A stretch of 57,987 nt of DNA, from the NCBI GenBank assembly GCA_041497895.1, contig JBGQHJ010000010.1:1-57987 (forward strand). Reading direction: 5' to 3'. The translations under genes and the position numbers were made by a program. Below are positions 10,750 through 21,012 of the stretch, piece by piece; position 1 is the stretch's first letter, and every line of letters begins with the position of its first letter. The notes beneath the pieces are model-generated. The model ran no database searches. It was not told the DNA's origin and saw only the letters and a list, made by a program, of their open reading frames with translations. Source of the stretch: Candidatus Methylomirabilia bacterium. Its GTDB lineage: Bacteria > Methylomirabilota > Methylomirabilia > Rokubacteriales > CSP1-6.

Positions 10750-12678
10750 TCAGGCCGGGTGACAGCACTCCCGGTTTGGGGGCAACGGCGGCACGTCGAG
10801 ACCGGGGTTGCGATCGAAGAAGCCCACCGGCTTGAGCATGAAGCCGATGGTCACGACCGGCATCACCGGCCAGTCCTCGGGGCGGACCACGTGATGGGCC
10901 CCGAAGGTGTACCAGACGACCAGATCGGTATTCTCGAGCGGGGCGTCGTCGGCAACGTAGCTCGGCAGGCCGGCGCCGCCGGCGTGCTGATTCGGGTACT
11001 CGCCCGCCGCGTACCGCTCCCGCGGATCGTGGCGCGTGACCCAGAGGTGTCGGGTCATGAAGCCCGCACGCCGGGTCACCGAGGCGTCCGGCCCCGCGAA
11101 CGGTAGCACGTTCTCGCCGGGCATCAGCTTGTAGGCCACCGGCTCGCCCAGCCGGTTGCGCGTCTGCGGGTTGACGATCTTCCAGAAGCGGCCGGCGAGC
11201 GGATCGATGATCCGCTGCGCCTGGCCCTCCGACCGCAGCAAGGCCGACTCGGCGTGGAAGGCGTTGGCGTGGGGATTGTCGGGGCCCGGCGGGTCGGCCA
11301 TCGTGTTCACCTCGTAGACCGAGTTCTCGAGCCCGTCCACCATCATGTCGAGGCGGGCGCTGAAGAAGTGCTGGTGGATCGGCCCGTAGACCCCGGGCGC
11401 GACCATCTCCCCCCACCGGGGCTTCGAGCCCAGGGGCTCGGCGCCGTTCGAGATGATGCCGGTCAGCTTGACCTCGAGCTGGATGGTCCCGTCCTGGTAG
11501 AAGTACCAGTAGAAGCCGTACTCGTAGTTGCCGACGGTGGAGATCGACGAGACGACGAGGCGGCGCGAGCGGCGCACCTCGGTCGTGCCGAGCCGCCAGT
11601 CGACGTGCTTCCACAGGATGCCCGCGTCCTCCTCGTGGAGGCAGATCGCGTTGGGCAGGGTCACCGCGCTCCCGCGGCCGTCGTTGACCACCGCGTCGAG
11701 ATAGCGGATCTCGCCCAGGCAGTCGCAGCCGTTGACGAGCGAGTTGGCGAGCGTGCCGATGCCGTACTCGCCCACGTCGAAGGCGTTGCGGTGGAAGTAG
11801 GTCGGGCGGGGATCGCCGTAGGGCACCACCATGTCCGCGATGGAGGCCCGGTAGAGGATCGGGCGCTCCCGCCCCTGGTCCTCGTAGGACACGGTGTGGA
11901 TCACCAGCCCCTCGCGCGGCGTGAAGCCGATGCGCATCCGCCACTTCTGCCAGGAGAGCTCGTGACCCGCGAGCGTGAAGCTCGGGCCCTCGGGCTGGCG
12001 GATCTCGATGGGCTTGAGGCCGGCGCGCACCCCGGCCGCCTCGGGCGAGTAGTTGGCGTCCTCGGGCGGCAGCGGGACGACGCCCCCGTCCTCGACCGCA
12101 AGCACCTCCATCCGATCGAGGTCGACCACCGTGAGCAGGTTGGCGACCGGCCGGGCGTAGCCGTTGTCGCCCGCGTGACGCCGCACCCAGGTGAGCGCAC
12201 GCACGAGCCGGTGGCCCTCGTCGGCCGGGAAGCCGAAGTTGCCCGCCGACCAGCAGTCCACCATCGCGAGGGTCGGGTCGGTGACGCCGCGCTTGCGCAG
12301 CGCCTCGCGCCAGCGCGGATCGGCGCGCACCGCCGCCTCGCACTCCACGAACTCGTCGAGCACGATCGCAGGCTGGGCGCCCGGGACGTGCTCCCACGAG
12401 AGCACGCGCCCCTCCCCGAGCGACACGACCGCCTCGTAGGTCTTCCCCGCCGCGGAGTCGATCAGCACCACGAAGGCGGCCCGATCCACGCGGTCGCCGG
12501 GACGGTGGCCGAGCACCACCTTCTTGGCGGGCTCGTGGAGCATGACGAAGATCACCCGCACCCGCGGCCCGAGCGGTCGCTCCGCCCGCACGATCTCCCC
12601 CGCGCGCTCGATCTCGACCGCGCTCAGCGGGTCCAGGGGATGGATGCTCGGGGGTGCCGCGGTCGCGGGCGGGGCCAT
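10750..12678 (-). CDS. tynA: Copper-containing primary amine oxidase (TPQ)
   Basis: HPLDPL N-terminus, TVGNYEY TPQ consensus, HQH and H copper ligands, RPEDWPVMP; upstream TACAAT -10 and GAGGAG. Confidence 0.92.
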   Translation of the reverse strand: MAPPATAAPPSIHPLDPLSAVEIERAGEIVRAERPLGPRVRVIFVMLHEPAKKVVLGHRPGDRVDRAAFVVLIDSAAGKTYEAVVSLGEGRVLSWEHVPGAQPAIVLDEFVECEAAVRADPRWREALRKRGVTDPTLAMVDCWSAGNFGFPADEGHRLVRALTWVRRHAGDNGYARPVANLLTVVDLDRMEVLAVEDGGVVPLPPEDANYSPEAAGVRAGLKPIEIRQPEGPSFTLAGHELSWQKWRMRIGFTPREGLVIHTVSYEDQGRERPILYRASIADMVVPYGDPRPTYFHRNAFDVGEYGIGTLANSLVNGCDCLGEIRYLDAVVNDGRGSAVTLPNAICLHEEDAGILWKHVDWRLGTTEVRRSRRLVVSSISTVGNYEYGFYWYFYQDGTIQLEVKLTGIISNGAEPLGSKPRWGEMVAPGVYGPIHQHFFSARLDMMVDGLENSVYEVNTMADPPGPDNPHANAFHAESALLRSEGQAQRIIDPLAGRFWKIVNPQTRNRLGEPVAYKLMPGENVLPFAGPDASVTRRAGFMTRHLWVTRHDPRERYAAGEYPNQHAGGAGLPSYVADDAPLENTDLVVWYTFGAHHVVRPEDWPVMPVVTIGFMLKPVGFFDRNPGLDVPPLPPNRECCHPA

Positions 12679-12735
12679 GGGCAGGTCTCCTCTGGCCAGA
12701 TTGTAGCGGAGCCGGCCCGCCGCCGCGACCCGAGG

Positions 12736-13098
12736 CTACCGCGGCGGCAGCTCCCGGATCGGCCGCACCTCGATCGAGTGGCCACCCACCCGCACCAGCG
12801 GATGATCCCGCGCGATCGCGACCGCCTCGTCGAGGCTCCCGACCTCCACGATGGAGTAACCGCCCAGCTGCTCCTTGGTCTCGGCGAACGGGCCGTCGGT
12901 CGCCATCGGCCTGCCGCCGGTCATCCGGATCGTGACCGCGGTGCCGGTCGGCAGCAGCGGATCGCCGGCCAGGTAGATGCCACGCGCGCGCAAGGCCTCG
13001 GACGTGTCGATGGCCTGCTGGCGGATCGCGAGCCGCTCCGCCTCCGGCTTGACGTCCCAGACCGTCTCGTCCCGGTACATGAGCAGCATGAAGCGCAT
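12736..13098 (-). CDS. YciI/YCII (DGPF) family protein
   Basis: [15 protein letters not shown]...IEVRP. Confidence 0.9.
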   Translation of the reverse strand: MRFMLLMYRDETVWDVKPEAERLAIRQQAIDTSEALRARGIYLAGDPLLPTGTAVTIRMTGGRPMATDGPFAETKEQLGGYSIVEVGSLDEAVAIARDHPLVRVGGHSIEVRPIRELPPR

Positions 13099-13115
13099 CG
13101 TGGCGCGCTCCGCCC

Positions 13116-14339
13116 TCAGCGGGCCGGGCTCGGGCTCGGCAGCCCGGCCGGCAGCCGGCCGGGTGCCCGGAAGGTCGCCGCGATGGCCACCGCGCCGACG
13201 CCGATCCCGAACGAGCCGATGAAGAGCCAGAAGTAGCTGCCGAAGGTGTCGAAGAGCCAGCCGCCGGCGAGCGGTCCGAGGGCCATGCCCAGGGTGGAGA
13301 CGAGCGCGACCGCCCCGAAGGTGGTCCCCATGATCCGGGCCCCGAAGTACTCGCGCACCAGGATCGCGTAGAGCGGCATCACCCCGCCGTAGGCGAAGCC
13401 GAACATGACCGAGAGCGCGTAGAAGCTCGCGAGGTCGCGGGTGAAGATGTAGAGGGTCACCGAAACCGCCTGGATGGCCAGCCCCACCACCAGGGTGCGC
13501 TTCGCCCCGACGCGGTCGGCCACGAGCCCGCAGACGATCTTGCCCCCCAGCGAGGCCAGGCCGGCGACGCTCAGCACGGTGACCGCGGCCATCGCGGGTA
13601 CGCCGCGGTCGATCGCGTGGGTCACCATGTGGAAGATCGGCCCCGAGTGCGCCGCGCAGCACGCGAAGTAGGTGATCGCGATGGCCGCGAACTGGGGCGT
13701 GCGCAGCGCCTGTCCCACCGTCAGGTCGAGCCCGTCCGCCCCCTTCATCGATCCGCCCCCGGCGGCGGACGATGCACCCGGCGGCTCCCGCACCAGCAGC
13801 GCGGCGGGGATGATCACGAGCCAGGCGACGTTGCCGATCACGAACATCGCCACGTGCCAGTCGTAGGCGGTGATGAGATAACGCGCCAGGGGGCCCACCG
13901 TGGAGGAGCCGAGACCGATGCCGGCCGAGACGAGCGCGACCGCGAGGCTCCGATGCTCGGTGAACCACCGGGTGGTCGTCGCGGTGAGCGGCGTGTAGAA
14001 GCTGCCGGAGGCGAGCCCGACCAGCACCCCGAAGAAGAGCTGGAACTGGCCGAGGGTCGTCGCCCGGCTCGCGGTCACGAGCCCCAGGCCGAGCAGGGCG
14101 CCTCCGAGGAGCAGGACCCGTCGCGTGCCGAGGCGGTCGGAGAGCGCGCCCCAGAGGAATGCCCCCGCGCCCATGCAGAGCCAGTTGATGAGCGCGACGG
14201 TCGAGATACCGGTCCGCGACCAGCCCATCGATTCCGACATGGGCTGGAGGAAGATGCTGAGCGAGAGCATCGCCCCCACCCCGATACAGGTCACCACGAT
14301 GCCGACCCCGACGATGGTCCAGCCGTAGAAGAGCTTCAT
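13116..14339 (-). CDS. MFS transporter
   Basis: GALSDRLGTRR motif A, about 12 TM helices, YGW N-terminus. Confidence 0.9.
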   Translation of the reverse strand: MKLFYGWTIVGVGIVVTCIGVGAMLSLSIFLQPMSESMGWSRTGISTVALINWLCMGAGAFLWGALSDRLGTRRVLLLGGALLGLGLVTASRATTLGQFQLFFGVLVGLASGSFYTPLTATTTRWFTEHRSLAVALVSAGIGLGSSTVGPLARYLITAYDWHVAMFVIGNVAWLVIIPAALLVREPPGASSAAGGGSMKGADGLDLTVGQALRTPQFAAIAITYFACCAAHSGPIFHMVTHAIDRGVPAMAAVTVLSVAGLASLGGKIVCGLVADRVGAKRTLVVGLAIQAVSVTLYIFTRDLASFYALSVMFGFAYGGVMPLYAILVREYFGARIMGTTFGAVALVSTLGMALGPLAGGWLFDTFGSYFWLFIGSFGIGVGAVAIAATFRAPGRLPAGLPSPSPAR

Positions 14340-14355
14340 GGCGGGCCTCACCCTA

Positions 14356-14715
14356 TCACGGACGCCGCTGGATGAGCTGGACGAGGTTGCCCTCGGGGTC
14401 CTTCAGGGTCGCGATCGACACCGTGTCGTAGTCGGTGGGATCCTCGACGAACTCGACCCCGGCCGCCTTCAGCCGCTTCCAGTCCGCCCGGAGGTCGTCG
14501 GTCGCCAGGCCCACCAGGTGCCGGGCCGGGTCCGCGTTGCGGCCCCGGACGTCGCTGTGGCTGCCCAGGCCGAGGCTCGGCCCCCCCACCTCCCCGAGGA
14601 CCACGAAGCGCGGGGACTCGATGACCACCTTGAGCCCCAGCACGTCCCGGTAGAACGGCAGCAGGGTGTTCACATCCGCGCTCCAGATCGACACCGCACT
14701 CAATCCCTTGATCAT
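14356..14715 (-). CDS. VOC/glyoxalase family protein
   Basis: FYRDVLGL and DPEGNLVQL motifs; AAGGAG RBS. Confidence 0.85.
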   Translation of the reverse strand: MIKGLSAVSIWSADVNTLLPFYRDVLGLKVVIESPRFVVLGEVGGPSLGLGSHSDVRGRNADPARHLVGLATDDLRADWKRLKAAGVEFVEDPTDYDTVSIATLKDPEGNLVQLIQRRP

Positions 14716-14770
14716 CGTGGTCTCCTTGCTGGGGCGTGGCCCCGGCGCGTTCACCCCCGGCTTCACCCGA

Positions 14771-14798
14771 TAGTCGGACGAGGGACCCGGAATCGACA
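14771..14798 (-). promoter_or_regulatory. ECF42-type promoter TGTCGA-N16-CGACTA (drives VOC-MFS-YciI)
   Basis: Reverse complement reads TGTCGA ttccgggtccctcgtc CGACTA. Confidence 0.7.
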
Positions 14799-14805
14799 GG
14801 CCCGG

Positions 14806-14833
14806 CGTCGATTTCGGGCGAATCGAACGACTA
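14806..14833 (+). promoter_or_regulatory. ECF42-type promoter CGTCGA-N16-CGACTA (drives yciI-yciI-ECF sigma)
   Basis: CGTCGA tttcgggcgaatcgaa CGACTA; mirror of the divergent copy. Confidence 0.7.
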
Positions 14834-14873
14834 CGTCCCGAGCATCCTAATCGATCCGCGCCGAGGAGGCCTC

Positions 14874-15242
14874 ATGAGGTACATCTGCCTGGTCTACCTG
14901 GTCGAGAAGGAGATGGACGCGATGTCGGAGAGCGAGTCGGACGCCTGTACCGACGAGAGCCTGGCGTACGATGAGGCCTTGCGGCGGAACGGCCAGCTCA
15001 TCCTGGCCCAGGCCCTCGAGCCGGTGGATCTGGCGACGACGGTCCGGGTCCGGAAGGGCAAGGTGTTCACGACCGACGGACCGTTCGCCGAGACCAAAGA
15101 ACAGCTGGGCGGCTTCATCTTGATCGAGGCCCGCGACCTCAACGAGGCCATCCAGGCGGCCTCGCGGATCCCGCTGGCGCGCCGCGGTAGCATCGAGGTG
15201 CGGCCGATCAAGCCGAGGCCGACACTCGGGAGGACGAGATGA
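14874..15242 (+). CDS. YciI/YCII (DGPF) family protein
   Basis: [15 protein letters not shown]...GSIEVRP; GAGGAGG RBS. Confidence 0.9.
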   Translation: MRYICLVYLVEKEMDAMSESESDACTDESLAYDEALRRNGQLILAQALEPVDLATTVRVRKGKVFTTDGPFAETKEQLGGFILIEARDLNEAIQAASRIPLARRGSIEVRPIKPRPTLGRTR

Positions 15243-15595
15243 AGTTCCTGTTCCTGATCTATCACGACGAGAAGACGCTGGACGCCCTGCCCGAGAAGGA
15301 GATGCAGGCCCTCGTGGACGGAGCGCTCGACTACGACGAGGAGATCCGCCGGAGCGGCCACTACATCGTCTCGAACGCGCTGCAGCGCACCCGGACCGCG
15401 CGGACCATCCGGGTCCGTGGGGGCAAGGCGGCGGTCACCGACGGCCCCTTCGCGGAGACGAAGGAGCAGCTGGGCGGCTTCTTCCTCGTCGAGGCCAAGG
15501 ACATCGACGAGGCCTGCGCGGTCGCCGCCCGGTTCCCACCCGCGCGGCTGGGGACCATCGAGGTCCGGCCGGTCCAGGAGCTCGAGCACTCCTAG
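15239..15595 (+). CDS. YciI/YCII (DGPF) family protein
   Basis: [15 protein letters not shown]...GTIEVRP; ATGA overlap. Confidence 0.9.
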   Translation: MKFLFLIYHDEKTLDALPEKEMQALVDGALDYDEEIRRSGHYIVSNALQRTRTARTIRVRGGKAAVTDGPFAETKEQLGGFFLVEAKDIDEACAVAARFPPARLGTIEVRPVQELEHS

Positions 15596-15609
15596 CCGCG
15601 CCCCCGACC

Positions 15610-16863
15610 ATGAGCGAGGACATGATCGACGGCGCGCGCGAGCGGGTGGACACGGTCTACCGGCAGGACTCGCGCCGCGTCCTCGCGACCCTGATCCGCC
15701 TCCTGGGCGACTTCGACATCGCCGAGGAGGCGATGCACGAGGCCTTCGCCGCCGCGGTGGAGCAGTGGCCGCGGGACGGCACCCCGGCCAATCCGCGCGC
15801 CTGGCTCGTGTCCACCGGTCGCTTCAAGGCCATCGACGCCATCCGCCGCCGCGCCCGGTTCGACGCCTCGCAGACCGAGCTGGCCGATCGGCTCGCCGCG
15901 GAAGCGACCGACGCCGGGCCGCGCGAGCCCGGGGAGATCGAGGACGACCGCCTCCGCCTGATCTTCACCTGCTGCCACCCCGCCCTGCCCGCGGACGCGC
16001 AGGTGGCGCTGACGCTGCGGGAAGTCTGCGGGCTCACCACCGAGGAGATCGCGCGCGCCTTCCTCACCGCGCCCCCGACCCTCGCCCAGCGTATCGTCCG
16101 CGCCAAGGCCAAGATCCGCGACGCGCGCATCCCCTACGAGGTGCCGTCGCGTGTCGAGCTGCCCGACCGGCTCGACGCGGTGCTCCACGTGGTCTACCTG
16201 GTATTCAACGAGGGCTACTCGGCCTCGTCGGGCGAGTCGCTCACGCGCGCCGACCTCTCCGGCGAGGCCATCCGCCTGGGCCGCCTCCTGGTCGAGCTGC
16301 TGCCGGAGCCCGAGGCGATGGGCCTCCTGGCCCTGATGCTGCTGCACGAGTCGAGGCGGGCCGCGCGCACCGGGCCGACCGGCGAGCTGGTGCTGCTGGA
16401 CGACCAGGACCGCTCGCGCTGGAGCCGAACGCTGATCGCGGAGGGCACCGCCCTGGTCGAGCGGGCGCTCGCCTCGCGCCGCATCGGCCCCTACACGCTG
16501 CAGGCCGCGATCTCGGCGGTGCACGCGGAGGCCCCCACCGCGGCCGCGACGGACTGGGGCCAGATCGTGGGGCTCTACGACGTCCTCGTGCGGGCCGATC
16601 CCTCCCCGGTGATCGAGCTGAACCGGGCGGTCGCGGTGGCGATGCGCGACGGCCCCGCGGCGGGGCTCTCGCTCATCGACGCCATCCTGGCCCGCGGTGC
16701 CCTCGCGGACTACCACCTCGCGCACTCGGCACGGGCCGAGCTGTGCCGGCGGCTCGGCCGCACCGCGGACGCCCGGGCCGCCTACGAGCGGGCCCTCGGT
16801 CTCGCGCGGCAGGAGCCGCAGCGGCGCTTCCTCGAGCGGCGCCTCCGGGAACTGCTGGACTGA
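15610..16863 (+). CDS. ECF sigma-70 factor with C-terminal TPR-like extension (ECF42-type)
   Basis: Sigma2 ([12 protein letters not shown]...WP), [40 protein letters not shown]; adjacent YCII genes. Confidence 0.9.
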   Translation: MSEDMIDGARERVDTVYRQDSRRVLATLIRLLGDFDIAEEAMHEAFAAAVEQWPRDGTPANPRAWLVSTGRFKAIDAIRRRARFDASQTELADRLAAEATDAGPREPGEIEDDRLRLIFTCCHPALPADAQVALTLREVCGLTTEEIARAFLTAPPTLAQRIVRAKAKIRDARIPYEVPSRVELPDRLDAVLHVVYLVFNEGYSASSGESLTRADLSGEAIRLGRLLVELLPEPEAMGLLALMLLHESRRAARTGPTGELVLLDDQDRSRWSRTLIAEGTALVERALASRRIGPYTLQAAISAVHAEAPTAAATDWGQIVGLYDVLVRADPSPVIELNRAVAVAMRDGPAAGLSLIDAILARGALADYHLAHSARAELCRRLGRTADARAAYERALGLARQEPQRRFLERRLRELLD

Positions 16864-16929
16864 CCGGGGGCGATCTGGCAGGATCCTCCGATGGAACAGG
16901 GGCGGATAGACGCGCCCGGAGGCCGATCG

Positions 16930-18132
16930 ATGCGCATGCCGCTCGAGGACGTGCGAGTGCTCGACCTGAGCCACGCCCTGGCCGGGCCCTTCTGCTCCAC
17001 CATGCTCGCCGACTTCGGCGCGGACGTGATCAAGCTCGAGCCGCGCGGCGCCGGCGACATCGCGCGGGCCTGGGGCGCTCCGCTGCCGGGCGGCGAGACC
17101 GCCTACTTCGTGAGCCTCCACCGCAACAAGAAGGGCATCGAGATCGACCTCAAGGCTCCCGAGGGCAAGGCCCTCTTCTTCCGCCTCGTCGAGAAGTGCG
17201 ACGTGGTGCTGGAGAACTACCGGGTGGGCGCCCTGGCTCGCCTCGGCCTGGGCTACGAGGCGGCGCGCGAGCGGAACCCCGGCATCATCTACTGCTCGGT
17301 CTCCGGTTTCGGCCAGGACGGCCCCTATCGCGACCGGGCCGCGCTCGACCTGATCCTCCAGGCCGAGAGCGGCATGATCAGCACCACCGGGGAGCCGGGC
17401 GGGCACGGGGTGCGCTGCGGAGTCTCCATCGCGGACATGACCGCGGGGATGTACGCCGCGTTCGGGATCATGCTGGCGCTGCGCGTGAAGGAGCGGACCG
17501 GCCGCGGCCAGGCCATCGACGTCTCGATGCTGGAGGGCCAGCTCTCGCTGCTCGGCAGCATGATCGGCGGCTACTTCGCCGACGGCGAGATGCCGCTGCC
17601 GATGGGCACCGCGTACAAGGCCCTGCTGCCCTATCAGACCTTCCGCACCCGGACGCGCGATCTGGCCCTGGCGGTCGGGAGCGAGAAGCTCTGGAAGGTC
17701 TTCTGCCCCGCGATCGGCTGCCCGGAGCTCACGGACGATCCGCGCTATCGCACCAACGCGGACCGGGCGCGGAACCGCGAGACCCTGATCCCGAGGCTCC
17801 AGGAGGTCTTCCTGACCCGCCCGTACGAGGAGTGGGAGCCCCTGCTCCTGGCCAAGGGCATCCCCATCGGCGCGATCAACAACATCGCCCAGGTGGTCGA
17901 GCATCCGCAGGTGATCGCGCGGCAGGCCCTCGTCGAGACCGCCCATCCCCGCGCGGGCAAGGTGCGGATGGTCGGCGCGCCGGTGCGGCTCTCCGAGACC
18001 CCGGGCTCGGTGCGCACGCCGGCCCCGATGCTCGGCGAGCACACCGACCTCGTGCTGCGCGATCTGCTCGGGCTCGACGCCCAGGCGATCGCGGCGCTGC
18101 GCGCGGCCGGCGCCATCGGCCCCGCCCGGTGA
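16930..18132 (+). CDS. Family III (CaiB/BaiF) CoA-transferase
   Basis: VLDLSHALAGP...GADVIKLE, HRNKK, SGFGQDGP, SIAD catalytic Asp, APMLGEHT. Confidence 0.92.
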   Translation: MRMPLEDVRVLDLSHALAGPFCSTMLADFGADVIKLEPRGAGDIARAWGAPLPGGETAYFVSLHRNKKGIEIDLKAPEGKALFFRLVEKCDVVLENYRVGALARLGLGYEAARERNPGIIYCSVSGFGQDGPYRDRAALDLILQAESGMISTTGEPGGHGVRCGVSIADMTAGMYAAFGIMLALRVKERTGRGQAIDVSMLEGQLSLLGSMIGGYFADGEMPLPMGTAYKALLPYQTFRTRTRDLALAVGSEKLWKVFCPAIGCPELTDDPRYRTNADRARNRETLIPRLQEVFLTRPYEEWEPLLLAKGIPIGAINNIAQVVEHPQVIARQALVETAHPRAGKVRMVGAPVRLSETPGSVRTPAPMLGEHTDLVLRDLLGLDAQAIAALRAAGAIGPAR

Positions 18133-19067
18133 CCGCGACGCCGCTGCGCTTCGTGGGCGGCGAGGAGATCCGCCGCGTCCTGACCTTCCCGGCCCTGATC
18201 GGAGCCATGGAGGCGAGCCATCGCCGCCCCCGGATCGAGATCCACGACGTGCTGATGGGCCCGGAGGCGGCGCACTACTTCGTGCGATCGGCCGCCGACC
18301 ACGGCCGCGCCTTCGGGAGCAAGCTCATCGCGAGCTTCCCCGGCAAGCGGCCCGCGGTGCAGGCGGTCTACGTCCTGTTCGACGGGACCGACGGCCACCC
18401 GCGGGCGATGCTGGACGGCACCGAGATCACGTTCTGGAAGACGGCGGCCGACTCGGCGCTCGGGGCGAGCCTGCTCGCGCCCGGCGATCCCGAGACCCTG
18501 GCGGTGGTCGGGGCCGGCGCGGTGGCTCCGTGGCTCGTGCGCGCGCACCGGTGCGTGCGGCCCTCGATCCGCCGGGTCCTCGCCTGGAACCGCACCCCCG
18601 CGCGCGCGGAGGCCCTGGCCGCCCTCCTGCGCGGCGAGGGCATCGCGGCGGAGGCGACGCCGGACCTGGCCGCGGCGGTGCGCCAGGCCGAGATCGTCAC
18701 CGCCGCGACGCGATCGCATACGCCGCTCATCGAGGGCGCCTGGCTCAAGCGCGGCACGCACCTCGACCTCGTCGGCGGCTACACTCCCGACACGCGCGAG
18801 GCCGACGACCTGGCCGCGCGGCGCTCCCGCGTCTTCGTCGACCGCCTCGAGTCCGCCTTCGACGGGGTCGGCGACATCCTGCAGCCGATCGCGAGCGGTG
18901 CCATCCGCAAGGAGGACGTGCTCGGCGATCTCTACGACCTGATCGGCGGCGGCGTGCCGGGGCGCGTGCGACCGGACGACATCACCCTGTTCAAGAACGC
19001 GGGCGGCGGACACCTGGACCTCATGACCGCGCAGGCGATCATGTCCGCGCTCGACAACGGCCACTGA
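18129..19067 (+). CDS. Ornithine cyclodeaminase/mu-crystallin family protein
   Basis: GTGA overlap; KTAADSALG, VVGAG, WNRT, ITLFKNAGGG..DL. Confidence 0.85.
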   Translation: MTATPLRFVGGEEIRRVLTFPALIGAMEASHRRPRIEIHDVLMGPEAAHYFVRSAADHGRAFGSKLIASFPGKRPAVQAVYVLFDGTDGHPRAMLDGTEITFWKTAADSALGASLLAPGDPETLAVVGAGAVAPWLVRAHRCVRPSIRRVLAWNRTPARAEALAALLRGEGIAAEATPDLAAAVRQAEIVTAATRSHTPLIEGAWLKRGTHLDLVGGYTPDTREADDLAARRSRVFVDRLESAFDGVGDILQPIASGAIRKEDVLGDLYDLIGGGVPGRVRPDDITLFKNAGGGHLDLMTAQAIMSALDNGH

Positions 19068-19083
19068 GCCCGAGGAGACCTCG

Positions 19084-20628
19084 ATGAACGGTGCGGAGAG
19101 CCTGGCGCGGACACTGGTGGCGGGCGGGGTCGACGTGTGCTTCACCAATCCCGGCACCTCCGAGATGCACTTCGTGGCCGCGCTCGACCGGGTCGAGGGC
19201 ATCCGCTGCGTCCTCGGCCTCTTCGAGGGCGTTGTGACCGGCGCGGCGGACGGCTACTGGCGCATGGCCGACCGGCCGGCCGCGACCCTGCTCCACCTGG
19301 GCCCCGGCCTCGGCAACGGGCTCGCGAACCTGCACAACGCGCGCAAGGCCGCCTCCGGCATCGTCAACGTGGTGGGCGAGCACGCGACCTATCACGTCAA
19401 GCACGACGCCCCGCTCACCTCCGACATCGAGGGGATCGCGCGGCCGGTGTCGGCGTGGGTGCGCACCTCGTCGAGCGCGCGGACGGTCGCGGCCGACGGC
19501 GCCGCCGCCATCCTGGCCGCGCGCACCGCGCCCGGCCAGATCGCCACCCTGATCCTGCCCGCCGACACCGCGTGGAACGAGGCCGGCGGCGTCGCGTCGG
19601 TGCCGCCGGTGCCGGCGCGCGCCGCGGTGGGCGCGGCCGCGATCGAGCGCTGCGCCGGCGCCCTGCGCTCTGGTGAGCCCGCGATGCTGATGCTGACCGG
19701 GCTGGCGGTGCGCGAGCGCGGCCTGGCCCTCGCCGGGCGCATCGCCACCGCGACCGGCGCCCGCATCATTGCCCAGGGTTCCAACGCCCGGATCCAGCGC
19801 GGGGCCGGGCGCGTGCCGATCGAGCGGCTCCCTTACCCGGTGGACCAGGCCCTGGCGGTGCTGAAGGACGTCCGCCACCTCATCCTGGTGGGCGCCAAGG
19901 CGCCGGTGGCCTTCTTCGCCTATCCGGACAAGCCGAGCGTGCTCACCCCCGACGGCTGTCAGATCCACCAGCTCGCCTCGATCGCCGAGGACTCGGTCGG
20001 CGCGCTGGAGGCGCTGGCCGACGCGGTCGGCGCCAAGAAGAACGGCGAGGTGGTCCAGCAGCCCGGCCGCCCCGCGCTGCCCACCGGGGCGCTCACCCCG
20101 GACACGCTGGCCGCCGCGCTCGGCGCGCTGCTGCCCGAGGGCGCCATCGTCTCCGACGAGTCGGTGACCACCGGCCGCGGCTTCTTCAAGGCCACCGCGG
20201 GCGCGCCGCCCCACGACTGGATGAACAACATGGGTGGCTCGATCGGACTCGGCCTGCCGCTCGCCACCGGGGCCGCCGTCGCGTGTCCGGACCGCAAGGT
20301 CGTGTGCCTCGAGGGCGACGGCAGCGGCATGTACACGCTGCAGGCGCTGTGGACGCAGGCCCGCGAGGGCCTCGACGTGACCACGGTGGTCTTCGCCAAC
20401 CGGACCTACGCGATCCTGCGCCACGAGCTCTCCGGGGTGCGCGCCGGCACGCCCGGGCCCAAGGCCGCCGACATGCTCGACATCGGCCGCCCCGACCTCG
20501 ACTGGGTCGCGCTCGCGCGCGGCATGGGCGTGCCCGCGAGCCGCGCCACCACCGCGGAGGAGTTCAACAAGCAGTTCGCGGCCGGGCTCGCGGCGCCCGG
20601 CCCCTACCTCGTGGAGGCCGTGCTGTGA
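19084..20628 (+). CDS. ThDP-dependent enzyme (acetolactate synthase-like / benzoylformate decarboxylase-related)
   Basis: FTNPGTSE, LFEG...GAADGY, GDGSGMYT...N ThDP-binding motif. Confidence 0.85.
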   Translation: MNGAESLARTLVAGGVDVCFTNPGTSEMHFVAALDRVEGIRCVLGLFEGVVTGAADGYWRMADRPAATLLHLGPGLGNGLANLHNARKAASGIVNVVGEHATYHVKHDAPLTSDIEGIARPVSAWVRTSSSARTVAADGAAAILAARTAPGQIATLILPADTAWNEAGGVASVPPVPARAAVGAAAIERCAGALRSGEPAMLMLTGLAVRERGLALAGRIATATGARIIAQGSNARIQRGAGRVPIERLPYPVDQALAVLKDVRHLILVGAKAPVAFFAYPDKPSVLTPDGCQIHQLASIAEDSVGALEALADAVGAKKNGEVVQQPGRPALPTGALTPDTLAAALGALLPEGAIVSDESVTTGRGFFKATAGAPPHDWMNNMGGSIGLGLPLATGAAVACPDRKVVCLEGDGSGMYTLQALWTQAREGLDVTTVVFANRTYAILRHELSGVRAGTPGPKAADMLDIGRPDLDWVALARGMGVPASRATTAEEFNKQFAAGLAAPGPYLVEAVL

Positions 20629-21008
20629 AGAAGGAGATCGTGCGCGTCGGCGTCGAGCGCCCCAACCCGAACCTGTCGCTGGCCACCAAGTTCGGCAACC
20701 TGGTCTTCGTGGCCGGCCAGACCGGCCGGCACCCGGCCACCGGGGAGGTCGGCAAGGACATTCGCGAGCAGACCCGCTACACGCTCGAGCGCATCAAGGT
20801 GATCCTGGCCGCCGCCGGCACCTCGCTCGACGACGTGCTGAGCGCGATGACCCACCTGACCCGGCGCGAGGACCTGGCCGCCTACAACGAGGAGTACGCG
20901 AAGTACTTCCCGACCGACAAGCCGGCGCGCACCACCGTGACCGTCGCCTCGCTGAACTCGCCCGAGCTCCTGATCGAGATCACGGTCATCGCCTGCATCC
21001 CAGATTGA
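20625..21008 (+). CDS. RidA/YjgF family protein
   Basis: LVFVAGQ, N..YAKYF..DKPARTTV, LIEI; GTGA overlap. Confidence 0.88.
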   Translation: MKKEIVRVGVERPNPNLSLATKFGNLVFVAGQTGRHPATGEVGKDIREQTRYTLERIKVILAAAGTSLDDVLSAMTHLTRREDLAAYNEEYAKYFPTDKPARTTVTVASLNSPELLIEITVIACIPD

Positions 21009-21012
21009 CCAA

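Noticed and set aside
15417..19067. 1216-aa ORF suggesting a giant fusion
   Set aside because: Arg/Pro/Gly-rich off-frame run-through; the real gene starts at GTG 18129.
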